A stretch of DNA of 63,789 nucleotides, counting the filler, from Octopus bimaculoides (lineage: Eukaryota): assembly GCF_001194135.2 (NCBI RefSeq). It is 7 parts of 7 records of this genome, joined end to end, with 100 filler letters (N's around TTAATTAATTAA, not from the genome) between each part and the next. Parts side by side here need not be neighbours in the genome. Positions count along the whole stretch, not along the records: positions 17,742 to 29,789 come from NC_068984.1; positions 29,890 to 34,526 come from NW_026327412.1; positions 34,627 to 48,018 come from NC_068983.1; 4 more parts are not named here. One strand, written 5' to 3'. Position 1 is the stretch's first letter. The number at the start of each line of letters is the position of its first letter. Made by a program: the position numbers and the translations under genes. The notes under the pieces are model-generated. The model was not told the DNA's origin. It did not search any database and saw only the letters and a program-made list of their open reading frames with translations. Below, in pieces: positions 26,181-38,945 of the stretch.

Positions 26181-26789
26181 TTATTGTTTTACTCTTTTAC
26201 TCATTTCTGCCATGCGGCTGCGGTCATGCTGGAGACCACCGTGGAGACCGTCATGCTGGAGACCATCAGAAAGACCACGGTGGTCTTTCTGATTTTTTTC
26301 AATCTGAAGCGTTTCACATCACCACTCCTGTATGTACCTTTGTCCCAGCCGTTGGCCCATTTGGTGCTTAAGGGAGTTTGATTCCTCTGCCTTCGTCTGC
26401 ACCTCATGTTGACCCGTTGGTTCATCCGGTAGTGTGGAGAGGAGGATGTCTTGTTCCCTTTTGGAGACATCGACTTCAATCTTATATATTCATTTGCTTT
26501 TATGTTCAGTTATAATAAAAACAATTCGGTCTTATTCTGATGAGTTACCGTACTTTTGTAGGTTACAAAATTATTATGCTTAAACAAAAATATTATTGAC
26601 AGTGACTTCGAAGTTTCGACGGTTTAGCCATCGTCGATGTATGAATACTTATGCGAGGGTGCATGAGTGGTACGTCTATCAAGGTTGATCAGTTTTCTGC
26701 AAGCTTTGTCAAGACATGCCACGAATGATTATCCAAGTGGTATGTCCTCCATTTGCACCAGTACAGCGGTCCACCAGTGACCCTATAGA

Positions 26790-26970
26790 TGTTGCTGTTG
26801 GAACGCAAACAGGCAGAATAGATACGCCAAGGAATTTAGTCCGACTCTTTCACAGTTTCATGATTCCACAGCCAATCCTAGCACCGGTGGAATTTGAACC
26901 TAGAACCCTTACGATCGGAACAACTATCTCACGGCATTCAATCCAACGCTTTAACGATTGTTCCGCTTAG
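26790..26970 (-). mobile_element. SINE family 2, diverged
   Basis: ggtggaatttgaacc..atccaacgctttaacgattgttccgc. Confidence 0.55.
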
Positions 26971-27009
26971 CCCGCATCCCCAAGAGATGATGTTAGTTCT
27001 TAAACATCA

Positions 27010-28450
27010 CATAGTTGGTAATCGGTGAGGTCAAGGTCATTTAGAGAGATGCAGGATCTGTAAATGTCTCCACGATTTCTGTTTAATGGTAAGGCCTTTG
27101 TCTAATGAAATAGACTCCACAATTACCACAATCGCAAAGCAACAAGGAACTATAGTGTCTCTCTGAAGGGCAATGGTTACTGTTGAAAAAAAAATTTTGG
27201 CGATCATGTGCGCTTTGCACAAACTTTCATAGAAGTTAGCTCAAGTTGGTGGCGGTGGTGCTGATATCTATATCAGGGATACCCGTGTCGAAAAGGATAT
27301 CAAATTTCTTCTGACGTAAGCAAATGCTTTACAGGAGCACTCAAATATAATTGATGTCTTTTCTCTTGGGGATACTTAGTTCTTATATAATTCTTCTCAG
27401 GGCAAGGGTTTGTTGTAGTGTTAACCTATCTTTGCAGAAGTCGTTTTGGTTTCATTGTCGGATGGGATCAGTTTGAGATGAAATAATTCAATTACGGAAT
27501 ATAAAGTTGCAGGTTCTTGAAATTATAGGTTAAAGTGTAATTCTTCTGTAATTCTGCGTTAAGTGATCACCATTCTTCGGAAATGGAATAATTGAAAATT
27601 TCGAGAAATAAGTCGACTTGTTTCCTTTATAGATCTCGTTACAGGTGTCCAACAGAATGGACTCTTCCAGTGGCTGATCAAGTTATGATCAGAACTTGAT
27701 GTTGGCGTTATTTCTTAATACTTTTAGAAAATGAGCTGGTCTCGATTGACAGGTTATCTGCTAGTTTGTGGTTGAGCAAAAGATTATGATGCCGAGTACT
27801 TCTGCTTTACCAAAAATCAACCTGAAAATCTGAAATCGTTTCTTTAAACGCTAATCAGTTGTATCGCTCGTAATGTGATACATCAGGGAGAATCTATTGC
27901 TGATATCTTCTCAGAGCTTTCCATGTTACATTATGTTGGTTTTTCACTGTGAAGGATATCAGGTTTTTTAATTGTGGACTTGATGTCAGCTTGCATTGCC
28001 TTATTGTGCAATTCAACAAGAGAGAATTGAATTGAATCTAGACTTCGTTATGGCAAATCCTTGTAGACCTAGACAATTGTTTCGGAGCCTCTATACTCTT
28101 ATCCTCTCTGGCCCCTGTCACAGTCTCATAGAAAGCTAAGATTAATGTTTTCTTTCTCTTCTTTGGTAGCAATTCCAATGCTGTAATTCTGTGCTCATTG
28201 ATTCGAGTGTCACGTATAGCACTGGAATTTTTGTCTTCAAGCCTGTCACAAAGAATGATGAACATGTTTCATACTGAAACTAAAAAAGTCCTTCTCTTGG
28301 TTAACATCAACTGCTACTTCCACCAGTGAATTCTTTCAATAGGATCTTTGGTTGCTCTTACGGTACCTTACTTGGTATTTTCCCGCAACAATACTAAGCG
28401 GACATTTAGCATACAACAGTGAGTTTTATGCACGTGACTATGTTTAATAT
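27010..28450 (-). mobile_element. Decayed apurinic-endonuclease LINE (RTE/RTEX-like), EN plus RT remnants
   Basis: Minus-strand remnants: SIIPFPKNGD..QNYRRITL, NQNDF..R.TLQQTLALRRII, LQRDTIVP (QGDTLAP-like), LNDLDLTD (DLDFADD-like), and EN-like HRITALEL..LILAFY. Many stops. Confidence 0.7.
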
Positions 28451-29029
28451 GTTGATGTACTTCTTTCAAGTTAGGGTGTAATCAAATTGAAGGAAGATGG
28501 CCTCAAGGCGGATGACATGCATAGGGTCTACGTGTACACATACGCATACACACACATACACACACACACAAGCACACATATAATCACAAACACACATACA
28601 TAAACACACATATAATCACAAACATACACACACTCACACACGTGGGAGCACACACGCACAGGCGCACACACAGGCACACACACAGGCACACACACAGGCA
28701 CACACGCGTGCACACACACATACATAAATGAACTGTAACAAACTGTAACATAAGCAAGAACTGGTTATGCTATAAATGGGCTCCCCGGCGGCACGAAATC
28801 CTACACTAGCAGACTTCGAAATGTAGGTGAATCGGTAGATTTACGTAAACTACTCAATACGCTAATAGATATACAACAACAACAACAACTTCCACTACGA
28901 TGGTAACGATGACAACAACACATCCAGAAACCTAATGATAAAAGAATCTTATATATAAAAAGAATAATAGTTTATATATTCTGGTGTATAAATGTTCGGT
29001 TGATTTTAGTGATTTGCCTGTGCAACAGT

Positions 29030-29038
29030 ATAAAAGGC

Positions 29039-29069
<31 letters not shown>

Positions 29070-29251
29070 CTTCTTCTTCTTCTTCTTCTTCTTCTTCTTC
29101 TTCTTCTTCTTCTTCTTCTTCGTCGTCATCGTCTTCTTCCTTTTCCTCTTCTTTTTCTTTTTCTTCTCATTATTATTATTATTATTATTGTTGTTGTTAT
29201 TGTTGTTGTTGTTGTTATAGTTGTTGTTGTTGTTGTTGTTATTATTATTAC

Positions 29252-29320
<69 letters not shown>
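29030..29320. repeat. (GTT)n-(CTT)n-(ATT)n-(GTT)n-(ATT)n compound microsatellite
   Basis: Directly visible. Confidence 0.95.
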
Positions 29321-29730
29321 CAATATTGCCTTTGCACAGCTCCTAACGCGTGAGATGTACTACAATGTCAGCTGTTCACTACCAGTGAACTAAGGTAACC
29401 CCTCTTATTTCTCCTACACCTTCCGGAGTATTCGAGCGGTTCCAAGCAGTGCTGTTTAATGCAAGTGCTCCACCCTTATTGCAACCCCTATTTGTTCCAC
29501 GTACTTATCGAGACTTTTACTCACTGTTCCCAGGGCTCCGACAATTATTGGTACTACTGCTACCTTTTTCCTCGACCACAACTGCTTAGCTTCCCAAGCT
29601 AACCTGTCATATCTTTCGACTTTTCTTTCTTCCTTATCGCATACCTTGTTGACAGCTGGGTATGCTATGTCTATGATCCAGCATAGTTTCTTTTCTTTCT
29701 CAATTAAGACTGTCTGGCTTCCTGTTCTCA
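29321..29730 (-). mobile_element. Dong/R4-like LINE, 5'-truncated 3' end flanked by (ATT)n on both sides
   Basis: ORF 29456-29731: VLIEKEKKLCWIIDIAYP..KVERYDRL..VVPIIVGALGTV (REL). 3' UTR matches 45806-45960. Confidence 0.9.
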
Positions 29731-30097
29731 TATTATTATTATTGTTATTATTATTATTATTGTTATTATTATTATTATTATTATTATTANNNNNNNNNNN
29801 NNNNNNNNNNNNNNNNNNNNNNNNNNNNNNNNNTTAATTAATTAANNNNNNNNNNNNNNNNNNNNNNNNNNNNNNNNNNNNNNNNNNNNATATATATATA
29901 TATAAACATACACACACATGCATGCATACATGCAAATTTTATCGTCTTCCCCTTTTGCCATTTTACGTTTTCAATGTAAATATTGTAAGAATTATTTAAC
30001 ATTACATTTAAACATAATTATATATACACAATCCTATACAGACATATACACATACATATATATACATATAATACATATATATGTATGTATGTATGTG

Positions 30098-30133
<36 letters not shown>

Positions 30134-30134
30134 A

Positions 30135-30212
<78 letters not shown>

Positions 30213-30805
30213 TCAGGCAAACCTTCCGGTCTCCAAGTGCTTTCTGTAATGAACCAATGTTCTGTTTGTCAACATTGCTCTAGCTTATATGTAATCGGGG
30301 GTACCGGTGGATTGGACGGGTACTGATAGGTGTTGACGGGTGCTGAAAGATTGCATTTCGTGTGTTACATCATTTAGGTCAGCTACAGCATCATAGCTGA
30401 TGTGTTCGCCATTAAACCGACAATATGTAAACAATATAGGCGGATAATTTCTTTGTTGTTTTTGTTATGTCTTGTTTTGTTTTGTTCGTCATGTCACACT
30501 GGGTGGGCCTGTCTGGACATTAATCATTTCGATCAAGCCAGGAGATAGACAACGTAACAGTGTTTCATTTGTGTTTGTACAATGTACGGGGCCTGCGCTA
30601 TTGGACTGGCATGCCTTTTCATAATGATAACACTAATAATAATAATAATTCCTTCTAAATTTTGGCCCTTTGCCAACAAGTTTAGGGAGTTGGAAACCAG
30701 CCGATTACATCGACACCAGTTTATTTTATGGACCCCCAAAGGGTGAAGGGGAAAGTTGACCTCGGCATAGCAACAGCAGCAACAGCAGCAGTAGCAGTAG
30801 CAGGG

Positions 30806-30868
<63 letters not shown>

Positions 30869-31880
30869 ATATGCAGACACTATAGTGTAAAATTTGATGG
30901 ATTCTCGCCTTTTCTTCTTTGTTCTTATCCGTTTCCTCCTCCTANNNNNNNNNNNNNNNNNNNNNNNNNNNNNNNNNNNNNNNNNNNNNNNNNNNNNNNN
31001 NNNNNNNNNNNNNNNNNNNNNNNNNNNNNNNNNNNNNNNNNNNNNNNNNNNNNNNNNNNNNNNNNNNNNNNNNNNNNNNNNNNNNNNNNNNNNNNNNNNN
31101 NNNNNNNNNNNNNNNNNNNNNNNNNNNNNNNNNNNNNNNNNNNNNNNNNNNNNNNNNNNNNNNNNNNNNNNNNNNNNNNNNNNNNNNNNNNNNNNNNNNN
31201 NNNNNNNNNNNNNNNNNNNNNNNNNNNNNNNNNNNNNNNNNNNNNNNNNNNNNNNNNNNNNNNNNNNNNNNNNNNNNNNNNNNNNNNNNNNNNNNNNNNN
31301 NNNNNNNNNNNNNNNNNNNNNNNNNNNNNNNNNNNNNNNNNNNNNNNNNNNNNNNNNNNNNNNNNNNNNNNNNNNNNNNNNNNNNNNNNNNNNNNNNNNN
31401 NNNNNNNNNNNNNNNNNNNNNNNNNNNNNNNNNNNNNNNNNNNNNNNNNNNNNNNNNNNNNNNNNNNNNNNNNNNNNNNNNNNNNNNNNNNNNNNNNNNN
31501 NNNNNNNNNNNNNNNNNNNNNNNNNNNNNNNNNNNNNNNNNNNNNNNNNNNNNNNNNNNNNNNNNNNNNNNNNNNNNNNNNNNNNNNNNNNNNNNNNNNN
31601 NNNNNNNNNNNNNNNNNNNNNNNNNNNNNNNNNNNNNNNNNNNNNNNNNNNNNNNNNNNNNNNNNNNNNNNNNNNNNNNNNNNNNNNNNNNNNNNNNNNN
31701 NNNNNNNNNNNNNNNNNNNNNNNNNNNNNNNNNNNNNNNNNNNNNNNNNNNNNNNNNNNNNNNNNNNNNNNNNNNNNNNNNNNNNNNNNNNNNNNNNNNN
31801 NNNNNNNNNNNNNNNNNNNNNNNNNNNNNNNNNNNNNNNNGGGCGTAGATCTGCCGAATTAATAATAGCCTGGCTGATAA

Positions 31881-32008
31881 AAATCCTTTGCAAAATTTGT
31901 TTGGGACCTTCATTTGTTGACTTCAACTTCCATTGGGATCAACTCTGTCTTTCATCCTTTCGACGTCAACAAAATGAAGTAACACTCAAGTTCTCGGATC
32001 AATGGCAT
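31881..32008 (+). repeat. 128-bp segment duplicated at 32363-32490
   Basis: Direct repeat with one substitution (gtcttt vs gttttt). Confidence 0.9.
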
Positions 32009-32107
32009 CGACTAGCCTCGTCCTCGCAAATTTGTGGGCGAAAGGCCAACAATATCATAGGTCGCACAAATATATTGTCCACCAAATAATAATTAGATAA
32101 TTATTAT

Positions 32108-32363
32108 CCCGTCGCTAGAAGATGGCAGGGGTTCGATCCCCTGCTCGCAATTTTATCGGATGCAGCTGTGCATCGTTAACCAGCAGAGAGGTGAAGCATT
32201 CTTGGGGTTAAAAGATTACAGTAAAGTCCGTACGAACGGACAGTCATGCTCAACTGGTTACGAGCGTTACTTGTCAGCACAACTACTGCGTTGATCTCTT
32301 AAAGAGATTTTAGAAGTTGCAGAACTAGCGACTGTATGTCGCTTGGAATTATATATATATGTA
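32108..32363 (+). mobile_element. SINE-like element with tRNA T-arm-like head; 32136-32363 repeated inverted at 32509-32734
   Basis: gcagggg-ttcgat-cccctgc hairpin with B-box GGTTCGATCC; the inverted copy differs at about 5 positions. Confidence 0.75.
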
Positions 32364-32734
32364 AATCCTTTGCAAAATTTGTTTGGGACCTTCATTTGTT
32401 GACTTCAACTTCCATTGGGATCAACTCTGTTTTTCATCCTTTCGACGTCAACAAAATGAAGTAACACTCAAGTTCTCGGATCAATGGCATATATATTATA
32501 TATATATGTACATATATATATAATTCCAAGGGACATACAGTCGCTAGTTCTGCAACTTCTAAAGTCTCTTTAAGAGATCAACGCAGTAGTTGTGCTGACA
32601 AGTAACGCTCGTAACCAGTTGAGCATGACTGTCCGTTCGTACGGACTTTACTGTAATCTTTTAACCCCAAGAATGCATCACCTCTGCTGGTTAACGATGC
32701 ACAGCTACATCCGATAAAATTGCGAGCAGGGGAT

Positions 32735-32910
32735 TTTTTTCTCCGTGTTTTTCTCAATTTTTTTCCTCCGTATTCTTTCTGTTGAAGAGCGTAGCTCGAA
32801 ACGTTAAAGACTTTCTGTATTCCTGAGCGTCAAACTAATACATCCTTTTGTTGTTTACACCACCTGTCCTCGTCTATTGTTTTTTTTCGTACATTTTCCC
32901 TCCTATATAT
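32735..32910 (+). mobile_element. HHR-containing repeat family A, copy 2
   Basis: Matches 1497-1665; runs into (AT) and a gap. Confidence 0.85.
32774..32810 (+). ncRNA. Minimal type I hammerhead motif (GUU triplet)
   Basis: TCTTT-CTGTTGA-A-GAGC-GTA-GCTC-GAAA-CGTT-AAAGA. Confidence 0.6.
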
Positions 32911-34679
32911 NNNNNNNNNNNNNNNNNNNNNNNNNNNNNNNNNNNNNNNNNNNNNNNNNNNNNNNNNNNNNNNNNNNNNNNNNNNNNNNNNNNNNNNNNN
33001 NNNNNNNNNNNNNNNNNNNNNNNNNNNNNNNNNNNNNNNNNNNNNNNNNNNNNNNNNNNNNNNNNNNNNNNNNNNNNNNNNNNNNNNNNNNNNNNNNNNN
33101 NNNNNNNNNNNNNNNNNNNNNNNNNNNNNNNNNNNNNNNNNNNNNNNNNNNNNNNNNNNNNNNNNNNNNNNNNNNNNNNNNNNNNNNNNNNNNNNNNNNN
33201 NNNNNNNNNNNNNNNNNNNNNNNNNNNNNNNNNNNNNNNNNNNNNNNNNNNNNNNNNNNNNNNNNNNNNNNNNNNNNNNNNNNNNNNNNNNNNNNNNNNN
33301 NNNNNNNNNNNNNNNNNNNNNNNNNNNNNNNNNNNNNNNNNNNNNNNNNNNNNNNNNNNNNNNNNNNNNNNNNNNNNNNNNNNNNNNNNNNNNNNNNNNN
33401 NNNNNNNNNNNNNNNNNNNNNNNNNNNNNNNNNNNNNNNNNNNNNNNNNNNNNNNNNNNNNNNNNNNNNNNNNNNNNNNNNNNNNNNNNNNNNNNNNNNN
33501 NNNNNNNNNNNNNNNNNNNNNNNNNNNNNNNNNNNNNNNNNNNNNNNNNNNNNNNNNNNNNNNNNNNNNNNNNNNNNNNNNNNNNNNNNNNNNNNNNNNN
33601 NNNNNNNNNNNNNNNNNNNNNNNNNNNNNNNNNNNNNNNNNNNNNNNNNNNNNNNNNNNNNNNNNNNNNNNNNNNNNNNNNNNNNNNNNNNNNNNNNNNN
33701 NNNNNNNNNNNNNNNNNNNNNNNNNNNNNNNNNNNNNNNNNNNNNNNNNNNNNNNNNNNNNNNNNNNNNNNNNNNNNNNNATATATATACATATATACAT
33801 ACATATATATATATATGCACACACATACATATATAGATACATACATATATACACATATACATAGATATATACATATGTATATATATATATATATATATAA
33901 TATATATATAGATATATATATGTGTATATATATGTATGTATGTATGTATATGTATGTATATATGTATATGTATAAAACCAATGATGCTCTATTAGAGCGC
34001 TAATAGGCTAATTAGGGATAGTTACCCTACATTTTCTTCATTATACACACACACACACACAGACACACACATATATATATATATATATATACTTATATCT
34101 TAGCTGCTTTCTCGTATACGAGCAAAGTAATTGCAAGAAAGAATCATTGGAACGTTGATACAATGTGAGGCCGTTGTATGATTCTGGAACGCGGTGAAAG
34201 ACTTGCACGTTCTATTGCATAAGTCACGGCTGGCAGAAGGAACGGGTGCCACAGTATGAACTCTTTTGACATAGCTTTTCAATCCTCCAACTGAGAGGCC
34301 CACCCATCCTGCACAATTTACCATGGGTCGATTCCTTTGAGTTCTCTGATGGCCGACCAGGCCCGCACATCCTCCCACAAACCACACACAAAAAACAATT
34401 CTCCCTCATTTTCCACAGGTTTATATGCATTATATATTGTATGTATGTACGTATGTACGTATGTATGTATGCATGTATGTATGTACGTGTGTATGTATTT
34501 ATGTATGTATGTATGTATGTATGTATNNNNNNNNNNNNNNNNNNNNNNNNNNNNNNNNNNNNNNNNNNNNTTAATTAATTAANNNNNNNNNNNNNNNNNN
34601 NNNNNNNNNNNNNNNNNNNNNNNNNNGTGTGAGTGAGTGTGTGTGTGTGTGTGTGTGTGTGTATTATATACGTACGTAA

Positions 34680-35760
34680 ATAAGAGTGCAAAATAGCACC
34701 TACAATTGCCAGAAATAAGAGCTAAGAAATATAACTCGAATACCACACAAGCTCACCAATCTCATAAGATGTTCAAAGAGACTGTGAGCAGCAAGCCACA
34801 ACATCTTGCTTCAGCGAGACAAAACTCGGTGAATGAAGTAATTTGATTACACCCTATCATAAGATTTCGAAACTTAACAACTAAGATTTCGTCTCTGTTC
34901 AGAGGAATATACAAATTATTCCGGGTTAAAGAGATAGCTTGCTTCCCATTATTTCGTATGTGTATTTCGTGTGCAAGATTCTTGATGTAGATACGTGTGT
35001 TGAAAGAAATACAATTAAACCTTGGGAGTGGCATTATGCCGGTAATAAACACACGCACTGATTCAGTCCTTTATTAATTTATAAACAGTATATAGTTTAT
35101 AGTTTTTAGTTTTTAAACAGTATATAGTTTTTAGTTTTTAAACAGTATATAGTTTATAGTTTTTATTACCGGCATAATGCCTCTCCCAAGGTTTAATTAC
35201 TTCCCATTAGTTCATGAGGAAAATAACCGTTGAACAGCAAGCGCCAAAATTCAAAGTGGTTTGAGCGTATACAAACATATATAATGATGTTATAACGATA
35301 AATTAATATTATGATATATTAAATACGTTATAATATAGGTGGCTAAAATAATCAAAAACCAAAAAGGTAGAAAACATGCTAGAAATAAGAACTAAAAAAT
35401 ATGGATTCCCCTGAAGAGAAACGAAATTTCATTGGTTGAATTTCGAAATCATATGACAGGTTCTTATCAAATTACTTTATTCAACGAGATAAAACACGCT
35501 GAAGAAAGATGTGGCTTGTCACTCGCAGTACCTTTTGAACATCTCATGCGGTTGGTGATTTTGTGTGGCTCTTCGAGTTATATTCTTTAGTTCTCATTTC
35601 TAGCAAATGAAGGTGCTATTTTGCAACCTTATTTATGTATTCTACCTTTTTGGTTTCTAGTTGCTTTAGCCACCTATGTTATAACGTATTAAATATATCA
35701 TGATATTAATTTATCGTTATATCTTACTGTATGTTTATATACGTATCTATATTATATACA
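34680..35760. mobile_element. Non-coding element with nested tandem and inverted repeats (PLE pseudo-LTR-like)
   Basis: 34690-34920 is a diverged inverted copy of 35395-35620; 35291-35371 is an inverted copy of 35642-35721. Confidence 0.55.
35013..35198. mobile_element. MITE-like element with 37-bp terminal inverted repeats
   Basis: aattaaaccttgggagtggcattatgccggtaataaa (35013-35049) and its inverse (35162-35198, one mismatch), with internal tandem aaacagtatatagttt subrepeats. Confidence 0.75.
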
Positions 35761-35763
35761 TAG

Positions 35764-35807
<44 letters not shown>

Positions 35808-35812
<5 letters not shown>

Positions 35813-35953
35813 GAGAATATACAAAAAATAACAACAGACGAGGACAGGTGGTGTAAATAACAAAAGTATATATTAGTATGACGCTCGGGAATACGGAAAG
35901 TCTTTGACGTTTCGAGCTACGCTCTTCAACAGAAAGAATACGGAGACAAGGAG
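35808..35953 (-). mobile_element. HHR-containing repeat family A, copy 3
   Basis: Reverse complement is nearly identical to 1520-1665; abuts (AT)n. Confidence 0.85.
35901..35937 (-). ncRNA. Minimal type I hammerhead motif (GUC triplet)
   Basis: Identical to 1535-1571 in reverse orientation. Confidence 0.65.
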
Positions 35954-36245
35954 GTGTGTGTGTGTGTGTGTGTGTGTGTTTGTGTGTGTGTATGCATGCA
36001 TGTATGTATGTATGTATGTATGTTTGTATGTATTTAGACAAAATTAAACTGTAACAGATAGGCAGACAGGTTCTATAAAAAAAATAGAGCTAAAAATCCA
36101 CCGATGATCACTTAATCATCTGCAAGTTCCAAACCGGTCTCTCACTTTAATAATGATTTATACTTTTTCAATAAAAGCTTAATATGAACTTATATTCATA
36201 TACATATATAGACAGACAGACAGACAGATAGACAGACAGACAGAC

Positions 36246-36307
<62 letters not shown>

Positions 36308-38459
36308 ACTCGTATGTATCTCTCCATATGTTTAGAATTTGGACATGGATATGTTTAACAGATGCATTTTAAAAGAGAGAAGTAAAGATTATCATTTGCT
36401 TTGATCTACCCATAATTATCGTAATTGTTATGAATCCGGTTGGGAAGATATATAGAACTTAATGGAACTGAATTGAAGTGCATTTTCAACTCAGTTTTTG
36501 ATATTTCTATTCGTGTGAAATAGACGGAGACTTATGTGTGTGCGTATATATGTGTGCATGTGTGTGTGTATGTACGTGTGTTTGTGAGCATGTATATATA
36601 TATATATATATATNNNNNNNNNNNNNNNNNNNNNNNNNNNNNNNNNNNNNNNNNNNNNNNNNNNNNNNNNNNNNNNNNNNNNNNNNNNNNNNNNNNNNNN
36701 NNNNNNNNNNNNNNNNNNNNNNNNNNNNNNNNNNNNNNNNNNNNNNNNNNNNNNNNNNNNNNNNNNNNNNNNNNNNNNNNNNNNNNNNNNNNNNNNNNNN
36801 NNNNNNNNNNNNNNNNNNNNNNNNNNNNNNNNNNNNNNNNNNNNNNNNNNNNNNNNNNNNNNNNNNNNNNNNNNNNNNNNNNNNNNNNNNNNNNNNNNNN
36901 NNNNNNNNNNNNNNNNNNNNNNNNNNNNNNNNNNNNNNNNNNNNNNNNNNNNNNNNNNNNNNNNNNNNNNNNNNNNNNNNNNNNNNNNNNNNNNNNNNNN
37001 NNNNNNNNNNNNNNNNNNNNNNNNNNNNNNNNNNNNNNNNNNNNNNNNNNNNNNNNNNNNNNNNNNNNNNNNNNNNNNNNNNNNNNNNNNNNNNNNNNNN
37101 NNNNNNNNNNNNNNNNNNNNNNNNNNNNNNNNNNNNNNNNNNNNNNNNNNNNNNNNNNNNNNNNNNNNNNNNNNNNNNNNNNNNNNNNNNNNNNNNNNNN
37201 NNNNNNNNNNNNNNNNNNNNNNNNNNNNNNNNNNNNNNNNNNNNNNNNNNNNNNNNNNNNNNNNNNNNNNNNNNNNNNNNNNNNNNNNNNNNNNNNNNNN
37301 NNNNNNNNNNNNNNNNNNNNNNNNNNNNNNNNNNNNNNNNNNNNNNNNNNNNNNNNNNNNNNNNNNNNNNNNNNNNNNNNNNNNNNNNNNNNNNNNNNNN
37401 NNNNNNNNNNNNNNNNNNNNNNNNNNNNNNNNNNNNNNNNNNNNNNNNNNNNNNNNNNNNNNNNNNNNNNNNNNNNNNNNNNNNNNNNNNNNNNNNNNNN
37501 NNNNNNNNNNNNNNNNNNNNNNNNNNNNNNNNNNNNNNNNNNNNNNNNNNNNNNNNNNNNNNNNNNNNNNNNNNNNNNATATATATATATATATATATAT
37601 ACTTTATATATATGTGTGTGTGTGTGAGTGTTTGTGTGTATAGATATGAATATTATGTGTGTGTGTTTGTATGCATATATATATATATATATATGTATGT
37701 ATATGCACATGTATGTAAGCAAATGGATATGAAAGTAAACAGATCAACATTCAGACTGATAGGTACATAGTTTATATGAATGAAAAGACAAGCACACAAA
37801 CGCAAATGAAGACTGAAACACATGACCGTATATACACACACACCCTTAACTTCACACAAGGATACATATGGAGACACACGTCCACCCATGGAGATGCACA
37901 TCCATACGTACAAACACGGTACATAGTTGCAAAACACACACACACTCAGACATGCACACAAACAAACACAACAGAACTCAGTGTGAGTAACGGACAGAGT
38001 CAAAACTACTGAAATATTTGCAAGATACAACGAAAATTTTAGAAAAAATATAGAAAAAACTGGAAATTTTACCGGTGAGTGTGGTAAATTATAAGGCACC
38101 GAAAGAGAACGGCTCTCCCCACACACAACACAAAAATACGTAGACACATATACATATATTTTAAATTTCTTATTAGTTTTCAAAATTCTAGTGCGTTGAA
38201 TCTATTGCCTCATAGACTGAGATATTTTCTCTCTTGAAAGCATAACACAGAAATATCGTAAAGTGGAATGCTTCAAGACTTGTTTATAAGTTATTCTATG
38301 CCTCCTTTTGTTTTTTAATCTCTGCAATGCATACTTCCAGTTTGCAAATACTTCTATAACATTTGTGATTATGCGCTCAGCATTTTGATAAAATAAATCA
38401 AGTTCATGATGGTGATCATGAAGATCATGATGATCATTATGATGATGCTAAACATCATC

Positions 38460-38502
<43 letters not shown>

Positions 38503-38512
38503 NNNNNNNNNN

Positions 38513-38553
<41 letters not shown>

Positions 38554-38699
38554 GTCGTCGTCTTCTTTGTTGTCATTGCTGTTGCTGTTGTTAACACGAC
38601 AGGTAAAAAGCTTAACGGCATTTCACTCGTCTTTACGTTCCGAGATCAAATTTGGGGTTGATATAACCGATTTAGTCTTTCCTTCAAAATTTCAGGACT

Positions 38700-38945
38700 G
38701 GAAACGATTTTCACAGCAGTCTCTAAAGCAGCCGGTTTCCGACCTACTTTCAGTGACTGGCTCGCAACAATGTTTATTGGCGTCTGCTCAGTGGTAAAAG
38801 TAAATAACCACCTTTCAGTGCTGCCTTATATCTTGCGCTCGATCCGTCTGGGGTGTCCTCTCTTATCTCTTCTATACGTTCTGATAAGGGTACACCAGGC
38901 ACATGCATCACAATCATATGTGCGCGACATGGTGATCTCATATCA
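38700..38945 (+). mobile_element. Tx1/L1-like RT fragment
   Basis: LKAAGFRPTFSDWLATMF..SVVKVNNHLS..ILRSIRLGCPLLSLLYVL resembles RS.RQGCPLSPLLY. Confidence 0.7.
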
